The notes under the pieces: model-generated
What the model saw: the letters and a program-made list of their open reading frames with translations, nothing else
Told to the model about the DNA's origin: nothing
Database searches by the model: none
From: a virus
Lineage: Duplodnaviria > Caudoviricetes
Virus record (IMG/VR): IMGVR_UViG_3300020027_000007
Coordinates: 1 to 62,149 of that record
Reading direction: 5' to 3' (one strand)
DNA: 62,149 bases
Shown here: piece by piece, positions 44,987-54,765 of the stretch
Layout: each line of letters starts with the position of its first letter
Numbering within the stretch: position 1 is the stretch's first letter
Program-made: the position numbers and the translations under genes

Positions 44987-45894
44987 TGGTAACGACGAGC
45001 AAGTGGCCCATCACTGTCGACGGCACACGGCTAGACTCCCTTGCCTGGAACGTGAGTACGCGAGGTGGCCGAGATGGAATGCCGCCGATTGCCGGTGCCG
45101 ACATCGACACCGAAATGCGTGACGGCACGCTCTGGGTTCCGAACAAGAACTTCGGTCCGGGTAAGCTCGTGCTCAAGATGTGGGTGGGCGGTACCGACGC
45201 TGACGGAGCCGTTCCCGTAGGCAACGATGACTACAAGAAGTACATCACGAACTTGGACAGCTTGAAGCGCATGTTCGCGGTGCAGCATCGCCTTCTGGAT
45301 GTCCGCCAGCAGTTCGACATCGCGGGAACCATGATTCGACAGTCGTTGTGCACCATCAATACCGTTATCACGCCGGAGATGTTCAGCGCATATCCCTACA
45401 CCGCAACGTTCGCGGTGGAGCTGGATGTGCCGGGTGCCTTCAGCCAAGACGTTGCTGACAGCAACTACGACTCGCAAGCCGTAGGTCAATTCCCCGGAGG
45501 GGTGCCAGCCAACACGACGATCACCCTCCCGGCTCCCTTCCCGCAGGCCACGGCTCCGATGAGAAAGATGTACTTGGTGGTCGATGGTCCGGCTACTAAT
45601 CCGAAGATTCTGGACCCCAGAAATGGGCACTCGATTCAGTACAACGGAGTCGTTGCCAACGGCTCCCAATGGGTTGTGAACACAACCACTTGGACCAGTA
45701 AGGTGGGCATCGGCATCGCCTTCACAGACACGGGAACTGACGTGTACGCACAGACCGTGGCTCAAGGCGGGCACATGCCAGCAGCACTGTTCGGTATCAC
45801 GGCCGATCCAGCCGGTGCGCAAGTACGCATTGAAGGGTCAGCGTTCGGAGCGGCTACTCGTCTCCGTATTCGTACGAAGCTCCAGTACCTCTAA
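44986..45894 (+). CDS. Distal tail (Dit-like) minor tail protein
   Basis: Directly after tape measure; GPATNPKI motif. Confidence 0.75.
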   Translation: MVTTSKWPITVDGTRLDSLAWNVSTRGGRDGMPPIAGADIDTEMRDGTLWVPNKNFGPGKLVLKMWVGGTDADGAVPVGNDDYKKYITNLDSLKRMFAVQHRLLDVRQQFDIAGTMIRQSLCTINTVITPEMFSAYPYTATFAVELDVPGAFSQDVADSNYDSQAVGQFPGGVPANTTITLPAPFPQATAPMRKMYLVVDGPATNPKILDPRNGHSIQYNGVVANGSQWVVNTTTWTSKVGIGIAFTDTGTDVYAQTVAQGGHMPAALFGITADPAGAQVRIEGSAFGAATRLRIRTKLQYL

Positions 45895-45905
45895 GGAGAC
45901 GAGAA

Positions 45906-47003
45906 ATGGGAACTTCTTACCCAGGGGGTTTCGACAACTTCGTTAACCCAACGGCCGTCGATAACCTCAACACAGCAACGAAGATTCACCACGACCAGCA
46001 CACGGATGTCAACTTGGCCGTGCGCGCCATCGAACTGGAGCTGGGCCTCAACCCCAAGGGCGTGAAGACCAGCGTTCGGGCTCGCTTGGACGACATCGAT
46101 ACCGCCTTCACTGGGCTGCAAACGACTGCTCAGAAAGGAGTTGCGGGTGGCTACGCTGGACTTGATGGCGGTGGGCAACTAGCTCAGAACGTTGACGCTG
46201 GCAAAATGACCAGCGGCACTCTCCTCGTTGCTCGCATCCCTAACATCTCCGGCGCAAAGGTGCTCGGTCCTTCGGGCGGTGGAGCTGCCATTCCGCTCGA
46301 CGCAGTGCCTGCACTTGCTGCGGCCAACACGACGTCGGGCGTGTTCACCATTGCTCGCATCCCAGTAATTCCGCTCGCTACCGGTGTCTCGGGTATTTTG
46401 CCTGCGGCAATGATCCCCAGCTCCGTTACCAGCAACGCGAACAGTCAGGTCGTTGCAGACGCAGCAGCTAGGTTGGCTATTCCACTCATCAGTCGAGTCG
46501 ATGGCATGCTGGTGACTCAGCGCACGCCGTTCTCCTTGTGGGTATGGCGAGCAGACAACAGCACCTGGAACCAAATCGGGGGAGCTCCAGGTGCACCCGT
46601 CCAGGTTGAAGACACCACCGACTACCTTGCCTTGAGCAACACCACCTTCGCGGCGGGAACCAACCTCGGCACAGCGTTCACGGCACCGGCAAGCGGCAGC
46701 ATCTTCATCACGGTGTCTGTGCACATGGAGGGAAACCTCGCGAACAACCTTTGCTACTCCACGTACGAAATCAAAACCGGAGCAAGCATCGGAGCTGGCA
46801 CTGCCGTCAACACGGTGACCACGGAAGAAGGCGTCGGCGTTGGCAGCCAGGGCGGCGTCACCCGCATCCGTTCTAGCGCACGGAATCTGCATACCGGCCT
46901 CACCCCCGGTGCTTCGTACAACGTGCGCGAGAATCACATCGTTACCGCAGGCAACTATGACATCTTCAGCCGCAAGCTCCTGGTTGAGATGGTGGCACAG
47001 TGA
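45906..47003 (+). CDS. Minor tail / fibre protein
   Basis: TSYPGGFD...AVRAIELELG, KGVAGGYAGLDG, Gly/Ala/Thr-rich beta C-terminus. Confidence 0.7.
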   Translation: MGTSYPGGFDNFVNPTAVDNLNTATKIHHDQHTDVNLAVRAIELELGLNPKGVKTSVRARLDDIDTAFTGLQTTAQKGVAGGYAGLDGGGQLAQNVDAGKMTSGTLLVARIPNISGAKVLGPSGGGAAIPLDAVPALAAANTTSGVFTIARIPVIPLATGVSGILPAAMIPSSVTSNANSQVVADAAARLAIPLISRVDGMLVTQRTPFSLWVWRADNSTWNQIGGAPGAPVQVEDTTDYLALSNTTFAAGTNLGTAFTAPASGSIFITVSVHMEGNLANNLCYSTYEIKTGASIGAGTAVNTVTTEEGVGVGSQGGVTRIRSSARNLHTGLTPGASYNVRENHIVTAGNYDIFSRKLLVEMVAQ

Positions 47004-50000
47004 CTACCGGCTACGACGCACCCATCGGGTACGACTCGGACATCAACTACGACGGCGGCCCTTCCGTTGTCACGAGCCTCCAACTGCCCACATGGCATCT
47101 GGAGGTTCTCAACCCGTTCACTCTCGTTCGTTCACCGTTGCCTGAGGCAAAGATTGACAGCATGAGCTTCGAGAGCTCTGCCGTCAGCGCTCTCAGCTTT
47201 ACTGTTGCCCAAAGCACCGTTGGGGCCAGCCTCTGCAACGACCTCGCAATCGTTGAACTGAAGGCGAACGGGCAGCAGGTCAAGGACGGCCGATGGATCC
47301 TGCGGGGGGCCGGGTGGAACGAGGGGACGGTCGCCAAGTTCAAGCAGTTCACTGGCCGTCACCTCCTCTGGGATCGCCTGGAGCACACGGTCGTTCAACC
47401 AGGCGTTCGAAAGTTGTTCACGACAAAGACTCCGGGCTACATCCTGAACGAGCTCTTCGCCGACGCGCAAGCCCGAGACGTTGGCTTCTTCGACACGTTC
47501 ACGTGGGATTTTACCGCCACCCTGGACAGCAACGGCAACGCGTGGCCGACGCCTCTCGGGTCGTTGGAGTACTTGCCCACGGCAAAGTACTCGGACATCG
47601 TCGGCAACCTGGTCGACAAGGGTGTCGTGGAGATTGCCCTTCTGGGCAACGAGATTGTCTTGACCGTGCCCAGCACTGACGGAGTCGTCACTCCAGCTTT
47701 GCTTGTCGTGGGCAAGGATGTCACAGACGCACCGCAGCAGTCCAGCGCGGACAACCTGCTCAGCGATGTCGTGGTACTTGGAGACGACGGCATTACTGTC
47801 GTGCGCGAGAACACGGAGACGCGGGCAGCGTACTGGCGGGAGGAGGGTGGCATCAGTCAGGGCGGCACCAAAGATGTCGGAACCCTTAGCATCTTCGGGG
47901 ATGTGGCCCTCAGCGGTGGGTCCGCCCCCAGAGTGCAGAGAACGTATGGGCTGGTCATTACCCAGGACCGCCCGTTCTTGCCTCTCCGGGACTACTCCGT
48001 CGGGGACTGGGTGCGGGTACAGCACGCGGTGGGAGGTGCGCCGAGCTATCGGGTGAAGCAGGTTGTGTTCAAGCGCGAGAAGGGTGCCTACAGCGGAACC
48101 CTTGTTTTGAACGACAAGTTCCTTGAGAACGAGCTGCGGTTGACCAAGAAGGTTGACGGCATCATCGGTGGGGCAACCATCACCGGCAGCGCTCAGACCT
48201 CCACCCCGGACGCCGACAAGGACACCACCAAGCCCAATCCTCCGACCGGCACTGTCGCATCCACACAGACGTACGTGGACGACCAGGGACGAACGATGGT
48301 AGCGGCAACCATCTCAACCAATCCGCCACTTAACAACGTTGACGGGTCACTGTTCCTGGACCCCGGCGAGTACCGGCTGGCGTGGAAGTACACCGACGAA
48401 CCGACGTCGGCCTGGCGGTACGTTCAGCAGCAAGACCCCTTGTGGTACATCAGTCCTCTAGAACCCGGGCGCAACGTCACGGCCATTGCAGCGGCCATTG
48501 ACAGCTCGGGTAACGGCAGTCTCTACTCGGACAACTACACCTTCGACACGGCTGTAGACACCACCCCGCCTCCGGCCCCCGCAGGACCGTTCCTTAGTTC
48601 GATGCTTCGCATGTTCATTGTTGAGTGGAACGGACTTACGGGCACCGGCGGTGTAATGCCGTCGGACTTCCATCATATTGAAGTGTGGAGTTCTGCGGTA
48701 GCCAACTTCACGCCGGAGCTGGATGGCGACTATCACGGCACGATGGTTTCAGCCGGGCAGATGTACATCACGGCGTATGGCTACAGCTTGGGCACCGAGG
48801 TCTACTTCAAGTTCGTTGCCGTTGACAACAGCGGTAACCGCAGTGTGCCGGGAACTGAGAATTGGCGTCCGCTGGTTGGTGTCGTTGGCAACGATGTGGT
48901 TGCTGGCACTATCACGGCCAACCATCTCGGTGTCGGAAGTGTTACAGCGCAGGCCATCAATGCTGGTGCCATCACGGCTGACAAGATCTCTCTTGGTGGC
49001 ACCCAGAACCTTGTCGCGGACCCGAGCTTCAATAACGCCGATTGGCGAGCCCAGCGGTTGACGACCAAGTGGTGCGAGAACCCCACCCGGTGGTTCTTCA
49101 AGCCGGGTAACCGCAACGGCTATTACTTGCAGGCTCTTTCTGTTCCAGATGGAACTAACGGTGGCCGCATGTACATCACCGACTGGATCTTCTGCCAGTT
49201 GGGCGAGACGTACTACGCGGGCATCTACATGAAACAAGGGGAGTTTGCCCCTAGCGCTGCGGCAACCATCCGGCTGGGTGTGGAGGTTACGTACGCTGAC
49301 GGTACCATTGAGAGCGACGGTATCAATTACCTGCCGGACACGTTCTGGCAGAAGTACGGCTACCGGTTCATCATCCAGAACCCCGTGTGGACCAAGGTCA
49401 GGTTCTTCGTACGCGCCGACAACATCAGCGCTGGCGACATTGTCATGGACGACTGGGAAGTTCGCAGCGGCGTCGGAACTACGGAGTATTCTGGCAGCCG
49501 TGGCCTCCTTGACAACCTCGGGTTGTTTGCTTGGGACTCGGCGGAGAACAACACCTTCTCGCTCGACTTCCGTACAGGAGACATGGTTGCTAAGGGCTCC
49601 CTTCAGTCGGGCTTCTCCGGCAAGAGAACCATCGTCAATCCTGGTATCACGAACCTGCCGGAGATTCGGTTCTATCCAACGTCTGGCGACTTCTTCGGAT
49701 ACATCAACAGTTCCGACAATGCGGACTTCCCGTTCGTTGGCGTCAATGCACCTGACATCAATCCGTCCGCGAACTGCATGGTTCTGTACGACAACAACAT
49801 CGGTTGGATTATTGGGCAAGTAACGAAGATAGGTGGTGTCGCAGCCGGTGCTGCGGTCAACGGCTGGGGTGCGGGCACGGCTGCGTACATCCAACTCACC
49901 GGCAGGTTGGGTGGTGGGGCTTCCGGCAACGACACGTTCTCCAGCTATGTATTTAAGAACTTAACTCCGACTGGTGGAGCTGGAAGCAACAACTTCTCTG

Positions 50001-50227
50001 TTGTATTGACCAAGCCACCGGCTGCGGTTGCTGGTCAGTGGATTCTTATCTATTCCCTTCAAAGGAATGCCGCGCAAAGATTCTTTGATGTTGTTACTGC
50101 GATCACGGCAACGACCGAGCAAGTATCTCTTTATGCTTCTTCCACGGATACGGTTCTTAACCCAGTTCTGACAACTACGCCTTTCCAGATCAGGCACGTA
50201 TGGATTAGGAGTGATGGCGATGCCTAG
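47000..50227 (+). CDS. Tail hub / central fibre (host-recognition) protein with FN3-like and carbohydrate-binding-like regions
   Basis: 1075 aa; DYSVGDWV, DTTPPPAP, AVDNSGNRS, ITADKI repeats, NLVADPSF. Confidence 0.8.
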   Translation: MTTGYDAPIGYDSDINYDGGPSVVTSLQLPTWHLEVLNPFTLVRSPLPEAKIDSMSFESSAVSALSFTVAQSTVGASLCNDLAIVELKANGQQVKDGRWILRGAGWNEGTVAKFKQFTGRHLLWDRLEHTVVQPGVRKLFTTKTPGYILNELFADAQARDVGFFDTFTWDFTATLDSNGNAWPTPLGSLEYLPTAKYSDIVGNLVDKGVVEIALLGNEIVLTVPSTDGVVTPALLVVGKDVTDAPQQSSADNLLSDVVVLGDDGITVVRENTETRAAYWREEGGISQGGTKDVGTLSIFGDVALSGGSAPRVQRTYGLVITQDRPFLPLRDYSVGDWVRVQHAVGGAPSYRVKQVVFKREKGAYSGTLVLNDKFLENELRLTKKVDGIIGGATITGSAQTSTPDADKDTTKPNPPTGTVASTQTYVDDQGRTMVAATISTNPPLNNVDGSLFLDPGEYRLAWKYTDEPTSAWRYVQQQDPLWYISPLEPGRNVTAIAAAIDSSGNGSLYSDNYTFDTAVDTTPPPAPAGPFLSSMLRMFIVEWNGLTGTGGVMPSDFHHIEVWSSAVANFTPELDGDYHGTMVSAGQMYITAYGYSLGTEVYFKFVAVDNSGNRSVPGTENWRPLVGVVGNDVVAGTITANHLGVGSVTAQAINAGAITADKISLGGTQNLVADPSFNNADWRAQRLTTKWCENPTRWFFKPGNRNGYYLQALSVPDGTNGGRMYITDWIFCQLGETYYAGIYMKQGEFAPSAAATIRLGVEVTYADGTIESDGINYLPDTFWQKYGYRFIIQNPVWTKVRFFVRADNISAGDIVMDDWEVRSGVGTTEYSGSRGLLDNLGLFAWDSAENNTFSLDFRTGDMVAKGSLQSGFSGKRTIVNPGITNLPEIRFYPTSGDFFGYINSSDNADFPFVGVNAPDINPSANCMVLYDNNIGWIIGQVTKIGGVAAGAAVNGWGAGTAAYIQLTGRLGGGASGNDTFSSYVFKNLTPTGGAGSNNFSVVLTKPPAAVAGQWILIYSLQRNAAQRFFDVVTAITATTEQVSLYASSTDTVLNPVLTTTPFQIRHVWIRSDGDA

Positions 50228-50750
50228 CCTTGCCGTAACGGCATTCGAGAAGCACCCTGGCAGTAGTCGGTTGTGGCTGGACAGGGGAGATGACGACACC
50301 GATGCCACCTACATGATGATCCTCCGAGACGGACATTTGGAGGCATATATGGAGGCGTATGCTCTTATGCCAGGGGAAGCTTTGGAGCTCATTCTGCTGG
50401 ATTGGTATGACGACAGCGTTGAGGTGCCGCCTTATTTGCAAGAGGATATGCGCCCCATCGTCGAGAGCATTCTCACCAAAACAGACCAGATCAACTGGAT
50501 GATTGACCGCAACGAAACGCTTGCGGCTATCACGGTAAATGAGGACACCGCCCCCGAGCTGGTGGAGCAGTGGCGGCTCCAGCGACAGCGCGAAGAAGAA
50601 GTTGCCGCAGGCCACCAACACCGAGAGGAGCTGTTGCTGGCGGAGGAGATCATGTCCTCCATGCCGGACGACAGGCTGCGGGCACCCCGCACAGACGCAT
50701 CCCCGACAACCGGTGACCAGCCGGTAGGCTTGGCAATACAGTTCGTCTAA
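50220..50750 (+). CDS. Hypothetical acidic protein
   Basis: AGGAG RBS; follows the tail fibre gene. Confidence 0.65.
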   Translation: MPSLAVTAFEKHPGSSRLWLDRGDDDTDATYMMILRDGHLEAYMEAYALMPGEALELILLDWYDDSVEVPPYLQEDMRPIVESILTKTDQINWMIDRNETLAAITVNEDTAPELVEQWRLQRQREEEVAAGHQHREELLLAEEIMSSMPDDRLRAPRTDASPTTGDQPVGLAIQFV

Positions 50751-50768
50751 TCCGAGGGCAGGGCACCA

Positions 50769-51053
50769 ATGACCCAACCAAACCCAGAAACCGTTCAGGT
50801 ACCGCAGCAGCGAGCCACTGAGATCTTCCAGGGAAAAGCGGCGACCACCATCAAAGACCTGATGGTGGAAAATTCCCAGCTCTCAGCAATCGCCGAGCAG
50901 TTGGGCAAGGAGCTACAGGCGGAACGTTCAGCGCACAGAGAGACCCGAGCCAAGCTCGGCGCCGCAATGGGGGCCGAAGGCAATCACTCCGCCCCACCGC
51001 CACCTATCCCGAGGGACGGCATCGACGCGTCACAAGGGGTCCCAGGGACATGA
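50769..51053 (+). CDS. Hypothetical coiled-coil protein
   Basis: Heptad pattern; ATGA coupling. Confidence 0.65.
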   Translation: MTQPNPETVQVPQQRATEIFQGKAATTIKDLMVENSQLSAIAEQLGKELQAERSAHRETRAKLGAAMGAEGNHSAPPPPIPRDGIDASQGVPGT

Positions 51054-51460
51054 TCGTATGGAGGATTGCGCGTACCGTCGGCTACACCGGCATCGGTGTG
51101 GTCGGCAGCGTCATGGTTGCGCGTCCTTCTGAGATGGTTGAAGGGCAGATGGGGTGGATGACTCCAATATGGGCCACAATGCTCCTGGTGGGTGGCCTCT
51201 CCTGCGCGTGGGCGATGGTGAGTCGGGTGTGGGCAGGGGAGACGCTGGGTCTCCCTCTCGTCTTCACCGGTCTGTTCATGTGGGGTTGTGTTTACTTGCG
51301 CGTAGCCCCTTTCACAACTGGCCGATTCGCCATCGGCACCATCCTTCTCTGCTTCTCCGTGCTCGTATTCGCGCACTGGCGTGAGGTGTACAAGTTTGTG
51401 GATGAATCCATAAGCGCACGCCTTTACGAGAAGAAGAGGCTTGCCCATGGCGAACAGTGA
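51050..51460 (+). CDS. Multi-pass membrane protein (lysis cassette)
   Basis: About 4 hydrophobic helices. Confidence 0.75.
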   Translation: MIVWRIARTVGYTGIGVVGSVMVARPSEMVEGQMGWMTPIWATMLLVGGLSCAWAMVSRVWAGETLGLPLVFTGLFMWGCVYLRVAPFTTGRFAIGTILLCFSVLVFAHWREVYKFVDESISARLYEKKRLAHGEQ

Positions 51461-51788
51461 GATCTGGGTTGCCCTCGCTGGGGGCGGTGGCCTAGGCGGC
51501 ATCATCATTGCGGCCAACCAGCTTCGCACTGCATGGCGAGAAGGGGCGGAGAAGCGGGAAGACCGCGCCGCCCAGAAAATCAAGGAAACGCAGGCGTCAA
51601 CGTTGCGTCGTGCTGAGCTGGCCGAGTTCCTTTATGAACATAGCGAAAAGGCCAAGCGATGGTGGATGAACAGGGCTACCCGCCTCGAGCGGGTAATCAT
51701 CCTAGGGCTAGGTGCCGAACATGTTCCTGAACCGACTACACCCGAGCCCGAGACACCGGAATTCGAACCGGAGAAGGCCAGTGGCTGA
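51447..51788 (+). CDS. Single-pass membrane protein (lysis cassette)
   Basis: IWVALAGGGGLGGIII N-terminal TM then charged helix. Confidence 0.7.
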   Translation: MANSEIWVALAGGGGLGGIIIAANQLRTAWREGAEKREDRAAQKIKETQASTLRRAELAEFLYEHSEKAKRWWMNRATRLERVIILGLGAEHVPEPTTPEPETPEFEPEKASG

Positions 51789-52731
51789 AGGCAACGAAGT
51801 TAAAGACCACGACGACGACCTGGACTTCGACGACGCAGTTGACCTGCTGGCAACTCGCAGTAAGCAGCAGCGTCGGAAGAAGAACATCGCCATCATCGTG
51901 GCAGTGATGGCAGCCATTCTGGCTACGGCAGCCGGGGTCATCGCGTTGGTTGCCGATGACAACAATGACCAGCAGGTCAAGGACTTGACCCGGCAGGTGA
52001 ACACCAATGCCGACAAGACCGATGTTGCCGTGAGCTGGGCAGAGCAACAGCGCAAGCAGTTTGAGCTCTGTAAAACGCTGCCCAAGAATGATGCCCGTTG
52101 TGCGGCTCCAGTCATTCCACCGACGGTAACCATCTCGCCGGAGCGGCCGCCTCAGCCACCGGGTAACGGTCTCAGCGCTGAAGACATTCGCAACATCGTG
52201 GCGGCAGAAGTTGCTCGTCGCAACCTTACTGTGACGCCAGCGCAGATGAGCACCATCGCTGCCAGCGCAGCGAAGTTGGTGCCCAAGCCGAAGGACGGCA
52301 AGACCCCTACGAACGCAGAGTTGCAACCGCTAGCCTCCGCTGCGGTTGCTACGTTCTGTGCCAACGACGCCTGCCGTGGCAAGGATGGGCTGACCCCGGC
52401 GGACGGTAAGGACGCGCTGCCGCCCAGCGACGAACGGCTCACCGAGATCCTGACTGCGTACTGCTCGACCCGCAACGGTTGCATCGGTGGAAAAGGCGAC
52501 CAGGGCGACAAAGGTGGTCAAGGAGATACCGGTGCTACAGGCAACGGCATCAAGAGCACAACCATCAGCGGAGAAACCATCACCTTCGCATACACTGATG
52601 GTACGAGCGACAAGGTCGTTGTTCCCTTGTGTCCGGCAGGCAGCTCTTCGCAGAAACAACGCGTCATGACAGAAGAGTTCCCGTTGGGCGTCTGGGTCAG
52701 CGTCTGCGTACTTGACGACCAGAATCCCTAA
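51781..52731 (+). CDS. Membrane-anchored protein with collagen-like Gly-X-Y stretch and Cys pairs
   Basis: TM IAIIVAVMAAILATAAGVIAL; GGKGDQGDKGGQGDTGATG; several Cys pairs. Confidence 0.75.
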   Translation: MAEGNEVKDHDDDLDFDDAVDLLATRSKQQRRKKNIAIIVAVMAAILATAAGVIALVADDNNDQQVKDLTRQVNTNADKTDVAVSWAEQQRKQFELCKTLPKNDARCAAPVIPPTVTISPERPPQPPGNGLSAEDIRNIVAAEVARRNLTVTPAQMSTIAASAAKLVPKPKDGKTPTNAELQPLASAAVATFCANDACRGKDGLTPADGKDALPPSDERLTEILTAYCSTRNGCIGGKGDQGDKGGQGDTGATGNGIKSTTISGETITFAYTDGTSDKVVVPLCPAGSSSQKQRVMTEEFPLGVWVSVCVLDDQNP

Positions 52732-52740
52732 GGAGGGCAA

Positions 52741-52911
52741 GTGACGAACACGGAACAGGTGCCGGACCCCAACCCCGAGAACGTACCGGGGCCGCCACCG
52801 ACCGACGACACCGTTGCCGACGGCACTCAACTGCCGCTGGACAACGGGCTGGAGATCATCGAGGAGGGCGACGCGGGGGTTCCTGACCCCGAGCCGTTCG
52901 AGGAGGACTGA
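52741..52911 (+). CDS. Small Pro/Asp/Glu-rich protein (56 aa, not in ORF track)
   Basis: AAGGAGGG RBS, GTG start, TGATG coupling to the endolysin. Confidence 0.6.
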   Translation: MTNTEQVPDPNPENVPGPPPTDDTVADGTQLPLDNGLEIIEEGDAGVPDPEPFEED

Positions 52912-53762
52912 TGTCCGACGACTACATCACCCGAGCACAGATCGGGTTGCGCAAGGCAAGGAGTAGCACAAGCCTCTCGGTATCCAAGGTCGAGAACGTT
53001 GCCTGGCACCACCCCGGTATGTCGGTCCGCATCGACGCCAGCGGCGACATCGGCTTCCGCCGGGTCTGCTCCGCGATTCGCGGCTGGCAGAACTACCACA
53101 TGGACGGCCGTGGCTGGTCGGACATCGCCTATCAGGTCGCGGTTGACCAGGTCGGCCGCAAGTACACCCTGCGCGGCATCAACATCAAGTCTGGTGCCAA
53201 CGGCAACAATGACGTGAACACTCGCTTCGGCGCAGCGCTTCTCGTCTTGGGTCCGGGCGAAGAGCCATCGGCCGCGATGATGGCCGCAAGCAAGGAAGTC
53301 CTGGCCGACTTCCGAGCTCGGTTCCACCGGGTGCCCAAGCGCCCGACCAAGCACTCCGCTGTTCGACCGGCTGGCACTGAGTGCCCCGGAAAGGAAGCCA
53401 GCAGGGCTATTGATGCTGGCAAGTTCGACGCAGGCACTGCAACCCCCGGAGGAGACGACATGAGTGCAGATGACGTGAGGGACATCAACGCGTACCAGAA
53501 GGTCTGCGCCCTGCAGATCCAGGCCAACACCCGGCAACTGTTGGAGAAGGCAACCAAGTCCATCATGGACTACCAGAAGGTGTGCACTCTCCAGATCCAG
53601 GAGAACACCCGGCAGGTGGACGCCACCTCCGACAAGCAGGTCGCCGACCAGCTCTCCGCCCTAGAGAAGGGCATGCAGGAGAAGCTGGACGACCTCAAGG
53701 CAGCCGTCGTGCCGGACATCCCGGAGCCCGGAGAGGAACCGGTCCTTGCCGGTGGCAACTGA
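52911..53762 (+). CDS. Endolysin, N-acetylmuramoyl-L-alanine amidase (Amidase_2/PGRP-like)
   Basis: AWHHPG, WQNYHMDGRGWSDIAYQVAVD, KHSAV...TECPG zinc ligands. Confidence 0.9.
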   Translation: MSDDYITRAQIGLRKARSSTSLSVSKVENVAWHHPGMSVRIDASGDIGFRRVCSAIRGWQNYHMDGRGWSDIAYQVAVDQVGRKYTLRGINIKSGANGNNDVNTRFGAALLVLGPGEEPSAAMMAASKEVLADFRARFHRVPKRPTKHSAVRPAGTECPGKEASRAIDAGKFDAGTATPGGDDMSADDVRDINAYQKVCALQIQANTRQLLEKATKSIMDYQKVCTLQIQENTRQVDATSDKQVADQLSALEKGMQEKLDDLKAAVVPDIPEPGEEPVLAGGN

Positions 53763-54208
53763 TGTTCAAGCTGGCGTTCTGGAAGGACGCGGGCGAGCGA
53801 GCGGCAGCCACCTTCGTCGCGGCGCTCATCGGCATCTTCGGTGTGCAGGGCTTCGACTTCTCCGAGCTGGGGGAGTGGAAGGTGTGGGCACCGGTGCTGG
53901 TCATCACAGCCCTGACGTTGCTCAAGGCAATGGCTGCCGGTCTGGCCAACCCCAACACGGGGGCGAGCTTGGGCACCACCGTGCCAGGCAGCATCGTCAG
54001 TGCGTTCACCACACAGACCACTGTGACCCGCGACGAGCACGATGGGTACAAGGGTGGAGCCGTGCTGGCACACCCTGGCGACACGGTCGCTGGCCCCGCT
54101 GCGGTAGCCATCGACACCGGCCTGAAGGTGGACGTGACACGAGGCGGAGAGACGGACGACGGCACCATGTACCGCCCACCCTCGGTCTCCCCTCCCGCAG
54201 GTAGCTAG
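53762..54208 (+). CDS. Holin (r1t-type)
   Basis: FWKDAGERAAATFVAALIG...TLLKAMAA; follows the endolysin. Confidence 0.8.
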   Translation: MFKLAFWKDAGERAAATFVAALIGIFGVQGFDFSELGEWKVWAPVLVITALTLLKAMAAGLANPNTGASLGTTVPGSIVSAFTTQTTVTRDEHDGYKGGAVLAHPGDTVAGPAAVAIDTGLKVDVTRGGETDDGTMYRPPSVSPPAGS

Positions 54209-54225
54209 CGTCTCGGACTACCTGC

Positions 54226-54260
54226 CCTCGAATCCCCTTATTCGTAAGGGGATTCTGAGG
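54226..54260 (+). terminator. Late-region terminator hairpin
   Basis: cctc-gaatcccctta-TTCG-taaggggattc-tgagg. Confidence 0.7.
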
Positions 54261-54264
54261 ATGT

Positions 54265-54450
54265 GGGCACCGGCTCGGCACTGGTAAGCTGGGCCTTGGT
54301 GGTTCGGGTCGGTGCCCTCCTTCTCGTCCCCATGGCAGCCCCCACTTGTGACGCAGCGCTTCGAGCTCGGTGCCTGGCCTCGTCCGCTTCCGCTGGTGGG
54401 GGCTGCCGACGTTTCGAAGCGGAAAGCGCTTGCACAGCTGGGGTGCCCAG
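54265..54450. ncRNA. Candidate structured RNA element (two long stems, possible alternative pairing)
   Basis: gggcaccggctcg/cgggtcggtgccc; ggcagcccccac/gtgggggctgcc; inner cgcttcga is complementary to downstream tcgaagcg. Confidence 0.3.
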
Positions 54451-54489
54451 AGACGAATCCCCAGGTCAGAAGCGAATCTCCACGTGGTC

Positions 54490-54554
54490 TTGTCATGTCT
54501 AGGTGGGGCTTGATAGGATGCCTCTTGCAAGGCACCGACAACCAGCCAGGAGGC
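54490..54554 (+). promoter_or_regulatory. Early promoter cassette 1: TTGTCA-18-TAGGAT (extended -10) plus CAGCCAGGAGGC
   Basis: SigA-like boxes at 54490-54495 and 54514-54519; 12-mer at 54543-54554. Confidence 0.7.
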
Positions 54555-54559
54555 ACACC

Positions 54560-54682
54560 ATGAACCGCAACGCTGAGGCCGCTACCGCTAAGGTCTACGC
54601 TCTTACCGGTCGCATCATCACCGGCAAGTCGTGGGAGGCCGTTGCCAGCAAGTACTACGCCCTGTACGGCAAGGTTCTCTGA
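54560..54682 (+). CDS. Small early protein (40 aa, not in ORF track)
   Basis: AGGAGG RBS; MNRNAEAATAKVYALTGRIITGKSWEAVASKYYALYGKVL. Confidence 0.7.
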   Translation: MNRNAEAATAKVYALTGRIITGKSWEAVASKYYALYGKVL

Positions 54683-54765
54683 GTCCAATCCGCAGGGCCG
54701 GTTGCGACCGGTGACCGGCCCACGTACTGTTCGTACTTCACCACCCACCCAGGAGGGGCAGCAAC

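Noticed and set aside
45906-50227. Diversity-generating retroelement or invertible tail-fibre cassette
   Set aside because: No reverse transcriptase, invertase or template/variable repeat pair seen
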